Assembly (NCBI GenBank): GCA_041674405.1
Contig: JBAYVT010000001.1
Location: 103,967-167,966, forward strand
Length of the DNA: 64,000 bases
DNA from: Patescibacteria group bacterium
GTDB taxonomy: Bacteria > Patescibacteriota > UBA1384 > XYA2-FULL-43-10
Direction: 5' to 3'
The translations under genes were made by a program, and so were the position numbers. The notes below the pieces were generated by a model. The model saw only the letters and a program-made list of their open reading frames with translations, had not been told where the DNA came from and ran no database searches. Shown here piece after piece: positions 61,801-64,000 of this stretch; within the stretch, counting starts at the first letter, position 1; every line of letters begins with the position of its first letter.

Positions 61801-64000
61801 GGGAATATAACACCAATCTATTTAACGAGAAAACTCTTCGAAAATTTATGAATTGGTATGAAAATATCTTTCATAACTCAATCAATGATCTAAAACAAAA
61901 TGCTTCTAAGATCGATTTTTTAACACAAAAAGAAAAACAGTTACTAGAAGATTTCAATTCTACTGATATAACGATTCCCAATTCTTGTTTTATCCAAGAA
62001 TTTGAAAAGAATATCAGTAAATTTTCTGATAAGATTGCGGCTACCAGTGGTGACAAAACCATAGATTACAAAACTCTCAATCAAAAAGCAAATATTTTAG
62101 CAAGGAAGCTCCTGGAACATAAAATCGGCATTAATGATAAAATTGGCGTTTTAATGCCCAGAGGCATTGATCTGATCATCTCAATTCTTGCGATATGGAA
62201 AGTACGAGCCGTTTATGTTCCTCTTGAACCGGATTTTCCAGATGATAGGATCCGGCAAATGTCAATGCAAGCAAATCTTTCATGTATAATTTCCAAAAAT
62301 GAATATAGCAGAGAGAGGGTGATCACTGAGGTGCCTTTTTTGCATTTTGATAGCGTGCAAAAAAAGAAGGAAGCAGATATGGAAAATTTAAATATCCGCG
62401 GATCGATGAATGATCTTGTATATGTTATTTTTACCTCTGGATCGACAGGCAAACCCAAGGGGGTGATGATAGAACAGTTGGGGATGGTTAATCATTGCAA
62501 TGAAATGATTAAATTTTTTCACCTTAAAGAAAATACCATTATGGCACAAACAGCCTCTCATTGTTTTGATATCTCTATATGGCAATTAGTTGCCCCTTTG
62601 CTAATTGGAGGCAAAATTATAATCTACTCGAAAGATCATCAGCTGAATCTAAAGGCACTCTTTGAGTCAATTATTGAAGATAAAATCACGATCGCTGAAC
62701 TTGTTCCTTCGTATCTATTTGCTCTACTTGAACATATCAATCATCATGTCAATAACAATAGGCTTAATGATCTTTGCCACATGCTGACAACCGGCGAGGC
62801 TGCTTCTAATAAACTTGTTGAGAGTTGGTACGCTATTTATCCTGAAATCCCCCTTACCAATGCCTATGGGCCAGCGGAAGCATCTGATGACACCAATCTG
62901 TACACTTTGACAAAACAAGAAGCCATTCCCAATACGCCTATTCCCGTTGGTAAACCAATAGGAAATGTCAAGATTTACATTCTTGACTCATTTTTAAATA
63001 GGTGCCCTATCGGCATAAAAGGTGAAATTTATATCTCTGGAATTGCAGTCGGAAAAGGGTATATAAATGATCATGAAAAGACTAAGGCAGCATTTCTCAC
63101 CAACCCTTTCTCTGGCAACAAAGAACGGATGTATAAAACAGGAGACATTGGAAGCTGGAATAGCGATGGAACTATCAACTTTTATGGTCGCACTGATTTT
63201 CAAGTAAAAATCAGAGGATATAGAATAGAGCTTGAAGAGATCGAGAACCAAATTGAAGATATCCCTTATGTCAGTCAGGCTGTAATTATTGTAAAAAACT
63301 TTGGTAACTCGAAGCAGTTATATGCATTCATTACTGGTCAGGGGCAGATCGAAGAGAATCCCATACGAAGTTCGCTTCAAGCCAAACTTCCGGCCTACAT
63401 GATTCCCCAAAGAATAATTCAGTTGAATGAAATACCGCTAAATCATAATGGCAAGGCAGACCGAAAGTTATTATCTAAAATTGATATTGCTAATCACCAA
63501 GAGAAGCTTGATAAAGTTTTGTCTGAGAAACAACAAATTTTGCTTGAGACCTGGAAATCAATATTTAAAGATAACGAAATTACCATAAATGACAATTTTT
63601 TTGACCTCGGAGGAGACTCAATTTCCAGCATACAGATAATCTCAAGATTGTTATCTCAGGGCTACGAGCTAGATATTGAAAATTTTTTTGCACACCCGAC
63701 AATATGCCAACTCGCCTCTTTTGTGATTAAAAAACAATACATTGGATCGATCCCCATTTCGGAAAAACCATTCTTTCTCACTCCAATTCAAAAATCTTTT
63801 CTAGAAAAGTCGCTCGGTAATCCAAATTGGTATAACCAGTGTGTAGTAATTGAAGGCAAGAAATGGAATACAGAGAAATTAAAAGAATCGCTTTTACACA
63901 CACTTAAAGCGCATCCGGCATTTTCATTACGTTTTAATAATTTCGAACAGCAATATATAAAGTCTGTTGATTTTTCCAAATACATCTTTGAGTACTCGGC
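58896..64000 (+). CDS. Non-ribosomal peptide synthetase, modules A1-T1-C1-A2-T2-C2..., partial; the 5' end and start codon lie within the window at 58896 and the 3' end continues beyond the window end at 64000
   Basis: Manual translation in frame 0 from ATG 58896 has no stop to the window end. Adenylation core motifs LFTSGSTGRPKG / IFTSGSTGKPKG (A3), NAYGPTEAS / NAYGPAEAS (A5), YKTGD (A7), GRxDFQxKxxxxRxxxxEIE (A8) and PSGKIDR / HNGKADRK (A10). PCP motifs FFELGGSSISAM and FFDLGGDSISSI. Condensation His motif HHIVMDARA. Confidence 0.85.
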   Translation, partial: MYNVKLLHDFFVFQSQKNPNQIAVVDFKKSYTYKEIETSANRLAFELTSHSPALQQDKIGFFTDRSVDSIIIMLGILKSGHAFVPIDPNLPAKRIEYICDKATIKTIVSGNTEYYSSKKQTIIHLRSIITVKDFKYKEIKIPDDRIAYCLFTSGSTGRPKGALIKHSGIVQSIKNFKKAYHFDKNSKVLQFASLSYDASLSEIFPTFAAGGTIYIPPREVILDIDKLSSYIIESGITAAIFPPTVIGHLNKDSLSSLSTLVSAGEECPADLANRMYELVPHFINAYGPTEASVGVTTFELDRKIKNAVPIGKALPGYKIYILNKVGQRVSIGQIGELCIGGVGVFAGYIGDSAKTHEVLIPNPFGVGYLYKTGDLVKQDANGQIYYVGRNDFQIKLHSIRMSPEEIEREIKKLPKINECVVVDGCLESNKEHKLVCYFTASEDLNLTVTRDILRSKLQPHMIPQVFIHIPSMPLTPSGKIDRHALQIKPVRIKTETDTLNDSVISDSPIARIWKDILGTNSVSLEDNFFELGGSSISAMRIVSKINKNTDFHANINLIFEYPVFNDFVRALEKEASETEKEHDKTFADQKLTDPEKLFWAANYTSKKPEAYTLTEVFELNGQINTNRLQRSFEFLISQFPKLRTNFRFRFDKIEKVIKNEKSYPFCLRDYSNLDISRARKKARQTQEHIANIPMDLEKDWLFVAYYLKLSEVEGLLIFHAHHIVMDARAMEIISKKFWDYYEHHQDYKLVENINSMHSQPTDDEKTFWKEYLSRADDNLTSLPYDNPKNETTENNGKTIIHPLPLRLAREGSKTATALGITPFSLFRNIFSLLLHRLSNQVNLTVGTAVSLRDDNSENDIGVFLNTLPIRSTLRSGEPIEKYLVRQNKEFIHCFKHRNLSLPHILKLIQNDCKKDSQPLFNVMFDYIAEEGTSKVIGLQVKRQRAFPATALFDLTLTVKELNCGFELLWEYNTNLFNEKTLRKFMNWYENIFHNSINDLKQNASKIDFLTQKEKQLLEDFNSTDITIPNSCFIQEFEKNISKFSDKIAATSGDKTIDYKTLNQKANILARKLLEHKIGINDKIGVLMPRGIDLIISILAIWKVRAVYVPLEPDFPDDRIRQMSMQANLSCIISKNEYSRERVITEVPFLHFDSVQKKKEADMENLNIRGSMNDLVYVIFTSGSTGKPKGVMIEQLGMVNHCNEMIKFFHLKENTIMAQTASHCFDISIWQLVAPLLIGGKIIIYSKDHQLNLKALFESIIEDKITIAELVPSYLFALLEHINHHVNNNRLNDLCHMLTTGEAASNKLVESWYAIYPEIPLTNAYGPAEASDDTNLYTLTKQEAIPNTPIPVGKPIGNVKIYILDSFLNRCPIGIKGEIYISGIAVGKGYINDHEKTKAAFLTNPFSGNKERMYKTGDIGSWNSDGTINFYGRTDFQVKIRGYRIELEEIENQIEDIPYVSQAVIIVKNFGNSKQLYAFITGQGQIEENPIRSSLQAKLPAYMIPQRIIQLNEIPLNHNGKADRKLLSKIDIANHQEKLDKVLSEKQQILLETWKSIFKDNEITINDNFFDLGGDSISSIQIISRLLSQGYELDIENFFAHPTICQLASFVIKKQYIGSIPISEKPFFLTPIQKSFLEKSLGNPNWYNQCVVIEGKKWNTEKLKESLLHTLKAHPAFSLRFNNFEQQYIKSVDFSKYIFEYS

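Noticed and set aside
59534-63985. Several 60-105-aa minus-strand ORFs inside the NRPS region
   Set aside because: They are embedded antisense in a continuous NRPS reading frame that has full core-motif support.

Overview
The window is an AT-rich (~35% GC) bacterial chromosome segment, mostly minus-strand, with short intergenic gaps, tight ATGA-type gene overlaps and many small accessory enzymes. Housekeeping genes include ruvA/ruvB/ruvC, yebC, queA/queH, tsaB/tsaE, grpE, xth, ileS and leuS, plus three tRNAs: Thr(CGT), Gly(CCC) and Asp(GTC). I cannot assign the taxon from sequence alone.

Unusual content, in rough order of interest:
1. Both class-I aaRS genes carry whole foreign enzyme domains spliced into their reading frames. 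LeuS has a nucleotidyltransferase-fold insert and a NUDIX insert. The type-2 IleS has a histidine-phosphatase (RHG) insert. Free-standing paralogs of these domains lie nearby.
2. A multi-modular NRPS (A-T-C-A-T-C...) starts at 58896 and runs off the window end. It sits directly downstream of an HDAC-family hydrolase and a SAM methyltransferase.
3. A glycan/sugar-salvage cluster at 30.1-38.9 kb: three GT4, one GT2, a GalT-type uridylyltransferase, a phosphohexomutase and two APH-fold kinases, interleaved with the ruvA/B/C genes.
4. Several GC-rich (50-60%), hairpin-dense islets that the protein genes do not explain, plus a few short GC-rich genes: 1752-2018 between two tRNAs, 5530-5900, 10240-10390 bracketed by terminators, the UbiA-family gene, and 16230-16620.
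5. Smaller items: a T-box-like leader upstream of ileS; a tRNA-like 75-nt element lacking an anticodon arm; comEC split into two coupled ORFs; a decayed NUDIX C-terminal fragment; and imperfect direct repeats bracketing a dehydrogenase gene.

No CRISPR array, transposase or rRNA is visible.
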